Notes under the pieces: generated by a model
The model's database searches: none
What the model was told of the DNA's origin: nothing
Seen by the model: only the letters and a program-made list of their open reading frames with translations
Translations under genes and position numbers: made by a program
Origin: Camelus dromedarius
Lineage: Eukaryota
Reading direction: 5' to 3'
NCBI RefSeq assembly: GCF_036321535.1
Contig: NC_087444.1
Span: 36,828,001 to 36,892,000 of the forward strand
DNA: 64,000 nucleotides
Shown: in pieces, positions 49,331-61,062 of the stretch
How the letters are laid out: every line of letters starts with the position of its first letter
How positions within the stretch are numbered: the stretch's first letter is position 1

Positions 49331-49588
49331 TTACAGGGCCAAGGCCATTTACTAACAACATGCCTCTGGGGGCTCATAACTCTACAGCCCCGACCCAGGC
49401 TAGTCCCCCAATCTCCTAATCTTCCTAAACTCCACAAACTGGGAGGTTACAGCCCCAATGGGTGGCAAGGGGCCAGGAAGCCACGGTTGTACCCCAGGCA
49501 CTGGGAGTGCTGGTGCCTCACCCGTGAGCCCCTGTTCTCTAGCCCAGCCCAGCCCAGCAGCACTGGGAGCTTCTCCCTGAGCCGCCTT

Positions 49589-49742
49589 NNNNNNNNNNNN
49601 NNNNNNNNNNNNNNNNNNNNNNNNNNNNNNNNNNNNNNNNNNNNNNNNNNNNNNNNNNNNNNNNNNNNNNNNNNNNNNNNNNNNNNNNNNNNNNNNNNNN
49701 NNNNNNNNNNNNNNNNNNNNNNNNNNNNNNNNNNNNNNNNNN
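49589..49742. other. Assembly gap (154 N) in TPPP3 intron 1
   Basis: Run of n characters. Confidence 1.
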
Positions 49743-50331
49743 CCAGCTGCACCCCTGCCTAGGGCATGCACCCCTGCCCATGCTCTGGCTCCCTTCTCAG
49801 CCTGGACTAGGTCTTGCTGGGTCCTCATGACCCTGACAGACACACTGTCCTCATTAAATACCTGCCCAACCATAAGCCTGGCCTGGTCCTGACCCATCTT
49901 GGCATGGAATTCCCAGGGAGGGGCCTGCTCTGACACCCTCACTTCCACCCAAGCAGGCCTTGTGCCAGGGCCAGACAAAGCCATGGCCCCAGCTGCTGCC
50001 CTTATAGTCTTTCAGGACAGTGCCACTCTGTTCCCAGCCTGGTGTGAGCATCATGATTTCATCTCTGAACTCTACTCAGAGCCACGCTGGCATTAAGTGA
50101 CAGGACCTTTCTTCTTGGGGCTCTTCCTCACAGCTCTGGGACCCCGTCAGACACTGGTTTCTGGCCCCTCTCCCTAGGCAGCTCCATCTCCAGCTCTGAG
50201 GGTATGTGGCACAAGTGCCCACAAGTTTGATCTTGTAGGTTTTGAGGTAGAGGCATTGATGTTCAGTGCCTTGGGGAGAGGGGAGTGGAGCTTGGCTGGA
50301 AGGTGACCAAGATGGGTACCTACAGGGTGGC

Positions 50332-50519
50332 ATGGCAGCAAGCACAGATGTGGCTGGGCTGGAGGAAAGCTTCCGCAAGTTTGCCATCCATGGTGACCCC
50401 AAGGCCAGTGGGCAAGAGATGAATGGCAAGAACTGGGCCAAGCTGTGCAAGGACTGCAAGGTGGCTGATGGAAAGGTCGTGACAGGGACTGATGTGGACA
50501 TCGTCTTCTCCAAAGTCAA
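50332..50519 (+). CDS. TPPP3: Tubulin polymerization-promoting protein family member 3, first coding exon
   Basis: tacag|GGTGGC ATG GCA...GTCAA|gtaag; [63 protein letters not shown]. Confidence 0.97.
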
Positions 50520-50636
50520 GTAAGCCCCAGGCAGTCTCTGTTTTTGATGTTCCCAGAAAGGGAATTGGGTGGGGGGAATGGAACCAGGGAGGATGAGGAA
50601 AAGGGGGAAAACTCATGGTGCCCACATACCTGGCAG

Positions 50637-50790
50637 GGGGAAGTCTGCCCGGGTCATCAGTTACGAGGAGTTCAAGAAGGCCCTAGAAGAGCTGGCAACC
50701 AAGCGATTCAAGGGGAAGAGCAAGGAGGAGGCCTTCGAAGCCATCTGCCAGCTGGTGGCAGGCAAGGAACCAGCCAATGTGGGCGTCACT
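50637..50790 (+). CDS. TPPP3: TPPP3 second coding exon
   Basis: cag|GGGGAAG...GTCACT|gtaag; 154 nt; GKSARVISYEEFKKALEELATKRFKGKSKEEAFEAICQLVAGKEPANVGVT. Confidence 0.97.
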
Positions 50791-50905
50791 GTAAGTGCCC
50801 TGCTGGTCTTGGGTGGACACTGAAGGGGATGTGGGGAATCTCGGCTGGGGTTGGAAGGGCTGGGCTCTCTAATCTAGTACCCCTGGGGGAACTCTGTCCA
50901 AACAG

Positions 50906-51094
50906 AAAGCAAAAACAGGGGGTGCTGTGGAACGGCTGACCGACACCAGCAAGTACACGGGCTCCCACAAGGAACGCTTCGATGAGAGCGGCAAAGGAAA
51001 GGGCATTGCTGGGCGGCAGGACATCCTGGATGACAGTGGCTATGTGAGTGCCTATAAGAATGCAGGCACCTATGATGCCAAGGTGAAGAAGTGA
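50906..51094 (+). CDS. TPPP3: TPPP3 terminal coding exon
   Basis: cag|AAAGCA...AAGTGA; [62 protein letters not shown]; total 531 nt = 176 aa. Confidence 0.97.
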   Translation, partial: KAKTGGAVERLTDTSKYTGSHKERFDESGKGKGIAGRQDILDDSGYVSAYKNAGTYDAKVKK

Positions 51095-51432
51095 GGCCTG
51101 GGAAGGCCCTCCAGCATGGATGCCCCTGCCAGAGGCTCAGGCATGGGCCTAAGGGGCACATGGAGCAAGAGAGCCCAGTCCTCTCCTTGCTGGACCTGCC
51201 ACCCAGCGCTTCCTGCCCAGCCCCATGGGGCCAGCCCACCAGACCTCTGACTCAGACTGCTCTGTGTCCCCTTCCCCTTTCTCTTTCCTTCCTGAGTTCT
51301 GTCCATCTGGGGGAGAGTCTGTGCCTATAGCCTCACCACGACAACCTAGCCCTGGGCATGGCTAACCGCTGCCTGCTTGCCTCATATTTAAGCTGCTGCT
51401 CTGGCCAAGTGCCTAATTCTTACCCAGACCTC

Positions 51433-51438
51433 AATAAA
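51433..51438 (+). terminator. TPPP3: Polyadenylation signal of TPPP3
   Basis: AATAAA about 340 nt after the stop. Confidence 0.8.
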
Positions 51439-53719
51439 GACACCTTTTGTACCAATATGGCCTGGTCAGGTATATGACAACAGGACTAATGACATTCACA
51501 TCCTGCTGATTCTTCAACCCTGCCTAGAAAAAGACACACACCAGGCCCCTTCCATTAACACAGAGCCAGACTGCCTGAGGGTGCTCCACAGGGAAATCAA
51601 AAACCTTTTACTTCAGCCCTGACCCACAGTCCCAACGTTATAGCTTGCTTTCCTGCAATTAGGGCCTCAGCCTCTCTGCTTTCACAGCAGGGGGATGGAT
51701 GAGACAGCAAACTTGGCCTGGGCTAAGCATTGATGGAGCCGAGTGCCAGGCCTCAACTCTAAGCTTGCTGACAGGTCCCCACTCCAGAGGGCTACCAAGG
51801 CACATCATTTTGGGCTGCATCTCAGAATATCAGAAAATGCAGAACCAGGAAGGAACTTTAGACAGTAGATAGTCCAATTCCCAATTTTATAGCCAAGGAA
51901 ACTCAGGCCCAAAGAGTGAAGAGGCTTTTGCAGAATAGAAACCAGAACCATGCCTCTTGCCTCCCTGGCCAGGCTCTTTCTATCACAGCAAGACCCAATA
52001 CTGACTTCCAAAAACGAGGCTGGGTAGCCTGGCACCCAAAACCAGCCTTTGACAGGTGAGCAGGATGTCCAACAGTGACAGGCCCTCCCTCTTCTTGCCG
52101 ATTCCCTCCCATCTGTTCATCATCCTAGGTTGGGAGGAGGATGGGGGCCTCTCTCTATGGTCCTGAGGACTCCTGGGAGTCTCCAGATCAACATTTTCTC
52201 CCCCTGAGGCTCCTGATATTAGGCCAGGGCTATTGCCAAGCCTAAGGCTTTGGGGCCAACTCTCCTTCCTTCCTGCTGACAAGTGGTCTGGATGGGACTT
52301 AGGGACTGCCCAGGAGAGAACAGCTCTCAAGAGTGTTAGGAAAGGCTTAAAGGGCACATACTTACAAATATATATTTTTCCAGACCAAGATAACAAAGTA
52401 AAGCAATACAATTGTTTATTCCCTCATCCCATGAGCTGTTCTAAGATGTTCTTGCCGCAGAGTCCCTTGAGCCCAATGTCACTTGGAGTGGGGGTATAGA
52501 GGGGTAGTGTGGCTTGGGATTAAGACTCTGGGGAGGTGAAGTGGGAATTAGAGGGTGGAGATCAGCACCTGGCCACAGCAGAATCTTGCCTAATGGCTGA
52601 CATCTGTGGGCTCCTTCTGACTCTGCTGACCTTGCATTGCTCAGGAAGGGTTTCAGAGAGCTCTACCTCTCCCACCAGCAAATAGTTAAGAGGAATATCT
52701 CCTCCAGCCTTGGGGGATTTGTTTGAATTGCAAGTTTATTTAAATGAGCATAATAAGAGTAAAACCTAAATCCTTCTGGCTTGCAATACTAAAATATCCT
52801 CATAGTGAAAATAATTTAACTATATTGCAAATTGGTCTGCTCCAGGCTATTAAGCTGCAGGTGAGATTACCATCCAATGTGTAAGGGAGCAGCAGCTTGG
52901 CCCCTCCTATGATTGGCAATGTGGCTTAAAGGAGCCCATAGAGAGAACTGGCTCAGTCCTGAAACTCCACCTTGCAGGAGTAAAGCTCCCACTTCTTGAA
53001 AAGTGGTTATGGAGCCTGAGGGAAATCAACACCCCCCCGCCCTCTGCCGCCCCAGGTTCAGGAAGACCCTTGGTCCAGCAGAATCTGGTACATGGCAGTG
53101 ACTGACCAAACAATGCCACTTCAGCCATTGAGTTATCTCTGCTCCACCCTCTTCATGGTGGAAAGCTTTGGGTATCCTTGCTAGCGAAGCCAGGAGGGCA
53201 AGGAAGAAAGGTTAGGATCTGTGAGATAGAGCCATTAAAACCCTTTACGTATAGCTGGTGGGAAGGCCAAACTGTCAGAGTGGCCCTGCCTCTCCTTTCG
53301 GCACAGAACTTCCCTGAGTCTCCATCCCAGCCTTGTTTCCTTCTTTCTCCCAGTACTGCCAGGCCTAGGGTGAGGAATTCCTCTCACTTATTTTCTACTT
53401 TGGGGGCCTTCTCCTGCCTTCATGTTGAGCCTGCTTGGCCCACAGGGCAACAATTCTTTGGTCCTTCCCTTGATGCCACCAATCCCTAGCCCTCTGGACC
53501 AAGAGCCACAGAGGGAAAATCAGAAGCACAGTTGCTTTCCGCAGGAGTGGCCAGCAACCCTAGAGAGGTGCCTAGCCTGCGGCAGGACCAGCTCCTTTAG
53601 TGACAATAGAAAACAGGGTAGAAAGTGACTTGATCTGGGTCAGACTCTTTGGTCTTCCTTAGAAGTACCCTGAATAGGTTCTGGGCTAGCATTATCAGAT
53701 GTTCATAGGTGAAGGAAGG

Positions 53720-53744
53720 GTGCTCACTTCGGCAGCACATGTAC
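53720..53744 (+). pseudogene. 3'-truncated U6 snRNA retropseudogene (nt 1-25)
   Basis: GTGCTCACTTCGGCAGCACATGTAC vs U6 GTGCTCGCTTCGGCAGCACATATAC (23/25); flanked by near-identical ataggtgaaggaag / ataggggaaggaaa. Confidence 0.85.
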
Positions 53745-54389
53745 ATAGGGGAAGGAAAGGAGGGCTGGGTTGTAGAAAGAAGTGCGTTACCCCTGCCCCC
53801 ACCTCCCCAACCCTGCTGTCGTCTGTCCAGAAAGTTGGCCTGTGCACTGGGCTGGGACCATGAAATATGACAATGCAGGGCTGCAATGCTACTGGCCGAG
53901 GCTATCCTAACTAGGCAAGGCTTAGGCTCTGTGGAGGCCTCTCAATGGGGCCAAGACAGGCCCAGGAGAGTGGGAAGGGGGGCTTACTACACTTACTTAC
54001 TGACACTTCCACAGAACACGAGCTCAGTCTAGCTCCCTCAGAGCCATACAGCTCAAAGAAACTTACGGTTCCTCTATTACGTGCTCCTTTTGGGAACCCA
54101 CATAAAATCGAGAGATCTGCAGATTTTATTTGTAACTTAAGAGATGTGTGATATTGTGATCTTCATGTCTCATTATTATGGCAATAGCTCTCCTACCCTG
54201 CACAGCACTTGGGTCAGGGGAGCAAATAAATGTCTAATCTTTCCACCTGCCTCTCTCTCTGACATGACCCTGAAGATGAAGAGAAGTATAACATGGCATT
54301 AGGTCAACAGTCCTTCACCCTCTATAGCTTTCCAGAAACACTGAGCTAATCTGGGCGACCTTGAAGCAGAAACATACCTAGAGCCACTT

Positions 54390-54960
54390 TCATTATCTTT
54401 TCCCATTGATTTTTAAATGCCTAATCAATCAGGATTAAAGGAAAGATTGTGCCTCAGTCTGAAATACAAGGTACTCGTGTGAAATGGATGCTGAGCCCAA
54501 AGCTGACATTCAGAAGCTGCACCTCTGGTCTGGACTGCGCCAGTCTTCTCTCTCATCTCTCTAGCTCCTCTCTGGTCCTCCCCTACTCCACGTGGCAGTC
54601 AATCCATTATTCTTACAGAGAAAGCCTCTCAAACACAAATCTGCTACCCTTTGCCTTCCCAATCTAAAATCTTTAAGGAGCTACGAAACCTGGCTCCTGC
54701 GTGTCTCCTCTCAGGCCTTCTGTTCCCTGAATGGACTGTGCTCCTTTCCATTTCATGGCCTTTGCTTATGTCATTTCTCTCTGCAGCTCTCGCCATTACC
54801 TCTGCCCTGGGTCCTGTGCTTTGCCTGGTGACCTATTCAATTCTTCAGGTCTCAGTTGAAAGCTCATTTCTTTAGGGGGCATTTTCCTGATATCACACCT
54901 CCCTCCCAAGCTAGGACAGGTTCCCCAGTTATATACTCTCATGGTACCATGCCATACATC
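54390..54960. mobile_element. L2 fragment
   Basis: cagaaagcctctcaaacacaaatctg...tggctcctgc...tgttccctgaatgga...ttcttcaggtctcag...tttcctga. Confidence 0.55.
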
Positions 54961-55690
54961 TTCCCTGCCCTGTGAGCCCTCTGGAGGCCCCAGACGTCTA
55001 CTCTGCACTCTTGGCCTGAGAGGCTCTGCACCCCGTCTACCTGCTACCATTGTACTCATTCTGCAAACTTCCACTCAAACAAGCCCTCACTGACACCTTC
55101 TCCAATTCCCCAGATTAGGAATTACCCACTGTCTCTTTCCAGGGCACTGCTAGGCTTTTATTTAGTCCTTTGGTACCAGTGCTAAGCTTTGAGCTCCATC
55201 ACATTAGTTTTTGCTTTTCTCCCCACCTAAACTGCTGGCTGCTCCAGGACAGACACTAGACCTTGTCAATTTTTCTCTGTGGTGAGAGAAAACTCAAAAC
55301 ATGTTTGATGAACCAATCAATAGAGATTCTCTGAAATTTCTTCTAACAAAAAACATACCTGGCCATGGATGCTCTTTTTTAAATTTTCCTACTACACAGT
55401 TTCAAATGACACTTGGGAAAAGTATCTAGTGTTTTTTCCTTTTTGACATTTTCAGCCAAATATTTCTATGTGATATAATGCCTAGGACTAAGTGCCAACT
55501 ATTTATGTGTGCAGAGGAAAGACTGACTTGATGGGAGGAGATCAAAAAGAGAAATAAACAGGACCAAGATAATGTAATCAAAATAATATTTTTTTTTCTT
55601 AATCTTGTGAGAAAATACCACCATACAAATGGCAATGATACTGAGCACCCCCCAGAGCTGAGAGGAAAGCTGCAAAGAAGGTATTCAGTG

Positions 55691-55916
55691 CTAGCTCCAT
55701 AGACTAGGCTCTGGGACGGAGCCTGAAACATTCTGTATTAGATACTGACCCGTATCATGTGCCACTGGTGAGGAGGAAGACAGCGTGCTTTTCCCAAAGG
55801 GCGATGATCTCCCCAAATGATGACTCTTCGCAGGAGGCAGAAGTGCTTTCCCAGAATGACCTTTTTGCTCTTTATTCAGCTGCTGCAGCAGATACTCATT
55901 AGTTACCACCAGGGAT
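55691..55916 (-). CDS. LRRC36: Leucine-rich repeat-containing protein 36, terminal coding exon
   Basis: cag|ATCCCTG...TAG; SLVVTNEYLLQQLNKEQKGHSGKALLPP...PEPSLWS*. Confidence 0.9.
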
Positions 55917-56379
55917 CTGAGGCATGGGGGGAAAAGACGATCACAAAGTCATAAAAGCAAAGTAGATGCCATTCAGACCTGAAACATTTGCTAAAGATAA
56001 ATGTAAAATGAAGTAACATCTTTAAATAGAAAGACTTCTCCGATTTATGAGTGGGTTATTTTAAAAGCAGGCCTACAGTTTATTCATTACAGTTCTGTTT
56101 GATTATGTTCCAGACTGACTGCAGCAATAACATAGTTCACATTTTATATAGTGATTGTTCTATTCTTTCCAAAGCACTTTCCTGATGAGGTAAGTAGAGG
56201 CACTGGGAGACTGGTGCCTGACCTCCAATTTCTATCCCCAAATATTAATTTCTACTTCTAATCTATCTGTCTCTCCAATTAAACTAATGGTGCTAGTCAT
56301 GACTGTATTCTTGGACTCTGTATTACCACGTAGTTAGAGGGTATCAGAGACTGCTCCCCTCCCCGCAAAAAGATGCATA

Positions 56380-56880
56380 TACAATACATTGCAGCACTAT
56401 TTGTAATGGCAAAATAGTGTCAACCTAGATGTTCATCTAATTAAATAAGTACACAATGGAGTCCTATGCATCTACAAAAAGATGAGAGTGGGAACTAACT
56501 CTATACACCACTGTGAAATGATTTCTAAGGTAAAATGTTAAAACAACATTATGCCTCTTTTTATGTAATAGAGGGGGAATACAAATACACACCCAAATCT
56601 GCAATGGAAGGCTAGTGGGAGGGAAGGAAAGGATAGGGGAGACAGGTAAGGAAGATAGATTTGTCTGAATTTATCTTATTTTATAGATCTGATTTTGGGA
56701 CCATATAAATACATATGTTTTACATAATTGTAAAACAAGATTAAATCAAAATAATAAAAATATTCCCTATGAATCAAAAACAAATTGAACCCATATATTG
56801 AATTGATGGTTTAATAACACACAGAAGAATTATTTCAAGTTACTCTAAAATATAGTAATTTGTACATCACTAAAGAGATA
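56380..56880 (+). mobile_element. Old L1 (L1ME-type) fragment
   Basis: cattgcagcactatttgtaatggcaaaa...caacctagatgttcatc...acacaatgga; ends approximate. Confidence 0.55.
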
Positions 56881-56890
56881 TACCCTAATG

Positions 56891-57068
56891 TTCTCAAAGT
56901 GTGGACCCCAGGCCAGAAGCAACAGCATCACCTGGAAACTTATTAGAAATGCAAATTCTCAGTTCCCAGGCCAGATCTGCTGAATCAGAAACTCTGGGGT
57001 GGAACCAGCAATCTGCTCCTCAACAAGTTTTTCAGGTGATTCTGATACACATCCAAGTTTGAGAACCA
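56891..57068. mobile_element. MER5A-like hAT-Charlie DNA transposon fossil
   Basis: ttctcaaagtgtgg...cagcatcacctggaaacttattagaaatgcaaattctc...gaatcagaaactctggggtgg...aagtttgagaacca. Confidence 0.85.
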
Positions 57069-57828
57069 TGAATTTATGCTAGTCACTCTACTTTTGTATA
57101 TATTTGAAATAATTATAATAAAAAGTTTTTTTTTTTTTTTTTTAAGCCAGCCAGAATGAGCCTAGGCCAAGTCCTCTGACTATGAGGCTAGTCCAGGGAA
57201 AATCAGGAAGTGAAGTTTGGGGTTGAAGGTTTGGGAACGGAGTTCTTATATTTACGTTTCATTGAAAGTCCTAGTAAAGGTGTTTGGCAAATCAGAATTT
57301 CAAGGGCTTCTGTAAATGTGCCAATAGTCTTGAGGCCTCTTCTGATTTGTCTAGCCTGCCTCCTGAGGGTACTGGTGTTTGAAGAGGTTAATGTTATTAA
57401 GCTCCTCTGAAGAGCACACATAGACTGAATTCTTTCCCTATTACTTTCTCTAAGTGTTCTTGATGTCTCTTCTGTGACCAATAGCAGGTATGCATTTTCC
57501 AGAAGAGCAAGATGGCTGATTTTAGGAGTACATTATAAACAAGGAAAGCTAGCTGACCCAAACAAGGGTCCTGTTGGATCCCGTGAGAAACTACTTATTA
57601 TTGAGGTATTGTAACCCAACAGTGCCAGCAAAGATATTTAGTAGTTCCTAGTGTGTTCTGGAAAATATTATTTTGATCCCTGAGCTAACTGGTCTGGATA
57701 TAGGTGGTTTACACACAGGACAGAGTTAATTTGAAAAATATATAGATATTAATTTGCCAGGTAAAACAAAGGAGATAAAGGAAGTAAACATCTGCTTCCA
57801 GAAGCTAGCTAGATAGACCCAATCCTAC

Positions 57829-57943
57829 CTCTGACTTTCGTGGAGAAGGGCCACTGTCTCCTCCAGCTTTCTCAGCTGGGCAAGCTCCTGGTTCAGGTAA
57901 GCCACTTGCATGTTCAGCTGTTGGTTTTTGCACAGGAGATCAT
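57829..57943 (-). CDS. LRRC36: LRRC36 coding exon (coiled coil)
   Basis: tag|ATGATCTC...CAGAG|gtagg; 115 nt; DDLLCKNQQLNMQVAYLNQELAQLRKLEETVALLHESQR. Confidence 0.9.
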
Positions 57944-58099
57944 CTACAAAGATTACAGTAGCCAGGGAGTGAGCAGGATTCCAAGCAGCTAGTCTTTGAA
58001 CAGAGCTTGGGTGGTAAGGTGGACATCTTGAAGAACTGGGGGCTCCACTACACCCACCTCCACATTCCATTCACCATTCCTTCCCTTGGAGACAGCAGA

Positions 58100-58385
58100 T
58101 ATGGTGGCAAGAATATGGGGTTTAGCAACAGACATATCTGAATTAAAATTCAACCACTTAATACTGCATGTTAGTCCACTTTTCTGAGTTTCACTAGAGG
58201 TAGTAACCCTGCCCCACAGCACTGTTGTAAGGAATCAGTGAGACATCTGTGCAATCAACAAATATTAGGTCTCTCTGTATTCACCATTTTAGTTCCTGAA
58301 TGTATGTCCTTCACTCCATATGGACTATGTGAAAACATCTAGAACTGTGTCAGGCACATAGTAGTAACTCAATGAGTGCTTGCAG
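58100..58385. mobile_element. MIR SINE
   Basis: ttcaaccacttaatactg...tttctgagtttc...gttgtaaggaatcagtgag...tgtcaggcacatagtagtaactcaat. Confidence 0.65.
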
Positions 58386-58502
58386 AAACTGGATTTGTGG
58401 CCAAGACATTCATACTTAGTTTTCCAAATATGATACCACTGCCTGCAACAAGATAGGCAAAAGTACAGGAACTCTGGTCCTAAGCAAGTTAATCTTCTAG
58501 AA

Positions 58503-58660
58503 CAGTGCTTCTTAAACTTTAATAAATTTACAAATCACCTGGAGATCTTGCTAAAAAAAGAAGATTCTGATTCGGTATGTCTGAGGTGAGGGCAAATATT
58601 CTATAACAAGCTCCCAGGTGATGCTAATGTTCTGTGGCTCACATTTTGAGTAGCAAGTTT
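58503..58660. mobile_element. MER5-like DNA transposon fossil
   Basis: cagtgcttcttaaacttt...aatcacctggagatcttg...gattctgattc...ctcccaggtgatgct...ttttgagtagca. Confidence 0.7.
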
Positions 58661-59029
58661 CTGGAAGGTGGAAATCGGGGCTACAACAGCTGTATTTATC
58701 ACCAGTAATCCACAGTAGAGTACTGGGCCTCATAGCTGACTGAAAGGAGGTATCTTGTGAACAAACACCTGTTTATTTTCAGCATAGGTAAGTGGAGACT
58801 GATTCTTGATTATTCAGACTTATAAGTATCAGATAGTGATGCGATTCAACTCTGGAAATTCAATGTTGACTTCTAAGTCAAATTTCTTATATAAATCCAA
58901 ATACCCATAATGTTTGTTTAGTGGTGCTGAGGTAGTTTATTAATGTCAAGGATAGACTTTATCTACCTAAACTATACCAATAATAAAGTAGTACAAATCA
59001 AGACTTCAATGGGATATTTTCACTTGCTA

Positions 59030-59750
59030 TAATAGAAAAAATTAAATAAATAACCCAGTGTTGGCAAGGGTGGAATGAAACAGCATTCAAATACATACTT
59101 TTTGTCAATGTGAGTGTAAACTGAAATCACCTCTCTTGGAAATGATTTGGCAATGTGTAACAAAAGCCTCAAAAATGTCCACATCTTTTAACCTATTAAT
59201 TCTACTTCTAGGAATGTCTCCTAGGAAAATGGTCTAAAATGTAAACAAAGGTCTATATACATAGATGTTAACAGCTGCACTATTTATCATAGCATAAATA
59301 TTGGGGCTCAGCTCCATCAGAAGAGAAGAAAGAGAATCTTAGAGAAGCATTTTCACTCTAGGGTCTTTCCTTCTATTTCAAGTCTTTTGAATGTTTGGAA
59401 ATCTTAGAAATATTTACAATGTTATAATGTCAGCTTTATTTTTAATAGCTAACATTAAAAACAACTATATAGAGGACTAAATAAATATGATATATTCGTG
59501 TGATGTTATAGGACATGCCTATGCTATTAACATAGATTGTAGAAATCAGATTGCCTAGGGTAGAGAGTAGGGGAAACTGCACAAGGGTCTGAAGGAACTT
59601 TCTAGAGTAACAGAAATGTTCTGTATTTTCATTGAATGGAACTAAATGAGTGCATATATATATGTCAATGTCATCAAACTTAAAATGTGTACATTTTGTT
59701 GTATGTAAATTATTTTTAAAAAAATCAAGACATAAATTTTTATTCTGAGT
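59030..59750 (+). mobile_element. Old L1 (L1M-type) 3' fragment
   Basis: ccagtgttggcaagg...ttggcaat...ctacttctaggaat...atcagattgcctagggtag...ggaactttctagagtaacagaaatgttctgtatt; AT-rich; ends approximate. Confidence 0.65.
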
Positions 59751-60123
59751 TAAATATATATGTATAAAGGTATGGTGAAAGAAAATATACCAAAAACACT
59801 AATGGTAGTTACTGCTGGGTAGTGGGGTTATATTTTCCTTATACTTTTCAAGTTTTTTGAAAAGAACACCATCTTCTGCTATAATCAGAAAAAATAAGTG
59901 TCATTCCCCAAAATAATGACAATAATAACATTTGTAAATGCTTTACACTGATAAAAGAGTTACATCTGGTAAGTTAAGCTACCTGCATTACAACTCTCTG
60001 AGGCAAATTATTGTTTCCATTTAGGAAGCCATGTGAGCTCTGGATGATGAAGATTATTAACTGGGTCATCTATAAACAAACAGTTGTCTTGGGATGTACC
60101 ACATGTTGCTTTCCTGAACTTAC

Positions 60124-60247
60124 CAGAAGTGTGGGACTTGTGCCCACTCACTATTGAGGTGGTAGCACCTTCCTCCAATTGCTGGATTTTTTCTGACAAA
60201 ATGAGGTTTTCTTCCAGTACTCTGACCAGTTTTTGCTTCAAACTTTC
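60124..60247 (-). CDS. LRRC36: LRRC36 coding exon (coiled coil)
   Basis: aag|GAAAGT...TCTG|gtaag; 124 nt; ESLKQKLVRVLEENLILSEKIQQLEEGATTSIVSGHKSHTS. Confidence 0.9.
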
Positions 60248-60273
60248 CTTTAGGTTAGAAAACAAAATACAGA

Positions 60274-60400
60274 GGGGAGGGTATAGCTCAGTAGGAGAGT
60301 GCGTGCTTAGCATGCATGAGGTCCTGGGTTCAATCCCCAGTACCTCTATTTAAATAAATAAATAAACAAACCTAATTAATTCCACCCCCCCCCCAAAAAA
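60274..60400 (+). mobile_element. tRNA-Ala-derived camelid SINE (Vic-1-like)
   Basis: GGGGAGGGTATAGCTCAGTAGG (A box)...CTTAGCAT (AGC loop)...GGTTCAATCC (B box), AT-rich tail, C-run plus A-run; TSD of about aaa(a/g)caaaataca on both sides. Confidence 0.85.
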
Positions 60401-60507
60401 GCAAAATACAAACACATTAAGAATCTGAAATTCTAACGAGTGCTTTTAAAAAACTGAAGGAATCTTTCCTCTGTTTGGTGATAAACTGAATGTGTTGCAG
60501 AAAAGTG

Positions 60508-61062
60508 TGTTACAGTTCAGTGTTACAGCTCAGTTGTGACAGCAACCTAGATCCAGGCAAGAGACCAAGCAGCACTCAGAGAGTTGGAGAACTCAGGTTT
60601 ATTATGCCAGCAGGCCCAGAGGGGTTAACGCTCCAAGCTCTGGACCCTGTCTGTAGGTTTACGTAGGCTTTTATAGGCTGCCAGCTTACACTTTGCAACA
60701 TCATATGCAAATAAGGTATAACAAAAGTTAACTAATTAGCAACAAGCTTTGTAGAAATGGACCTATCAGGAGGGAGAGAAATAACCAATCAGGAGTGAAG
60801 GAAATGGACCAATCAGGAGTGAAAGAAGTAACCAATCAGGAGTGAGTTCCATGCACATGAAGTACTACAAATGGACCAATCAGGAGTTAGCTTAGAGAAC
60901 CAACAGAATTTTAGCGGTAAGTTCCACTTTCCTAGAAGTAAGCTGTTTCAGAGGCAAAAAGTGAGATAGAGCTGCTGGGCCAGGGAACCAGATGGTGCTG
61001 TCAGGAGAGTAGTGGCCCTGCCTGGGGGTCCTGCTGGTCTTTTTTTGGGGCTTCCCACCTCA
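60508..61062 (-). mobile_element. Solo ERV LTR in an LRRC36 intron (sense to LRRC36)
   Basis: tgttacag...cacctca termini; minus-strand AATAAA 60598-60603; TATA-like ctataaaa near 60670; octamer 60705-60712; four ccaatcaggagt repeats. Confidence 0.65.

Noticed and set aside
49400-49984. ORFs with long X runs
   Set aside because: Artefacts of translating through the N gap.
55157-55162. Minus-strand AATAAA as the LRRC36 poly(A) signal
   Set aside because: About 530 nt from the stop and near L2-derived sequence; the true 3' end cannot be fixed without transcript data.
57203-57481. 92-aa minus-strand ORF in the last LRRC36 intron
   Set aside because: Non-ATG start, no convincing splice sites, and the flanking LRRC36 exons join in frame without it; no homology recognised. 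A BLASTX/Dfam search would settle whether it is an old TE remnant.
60274-60346. tRNA-Ala(AGC) gene
   Set aside because: Has A and B boxes and an AGC loop, but is followed by an AT-rich/C-run/A-run tail and flanked by a TSD, and a second copy is at about 63640-63716. It is a SINE head.
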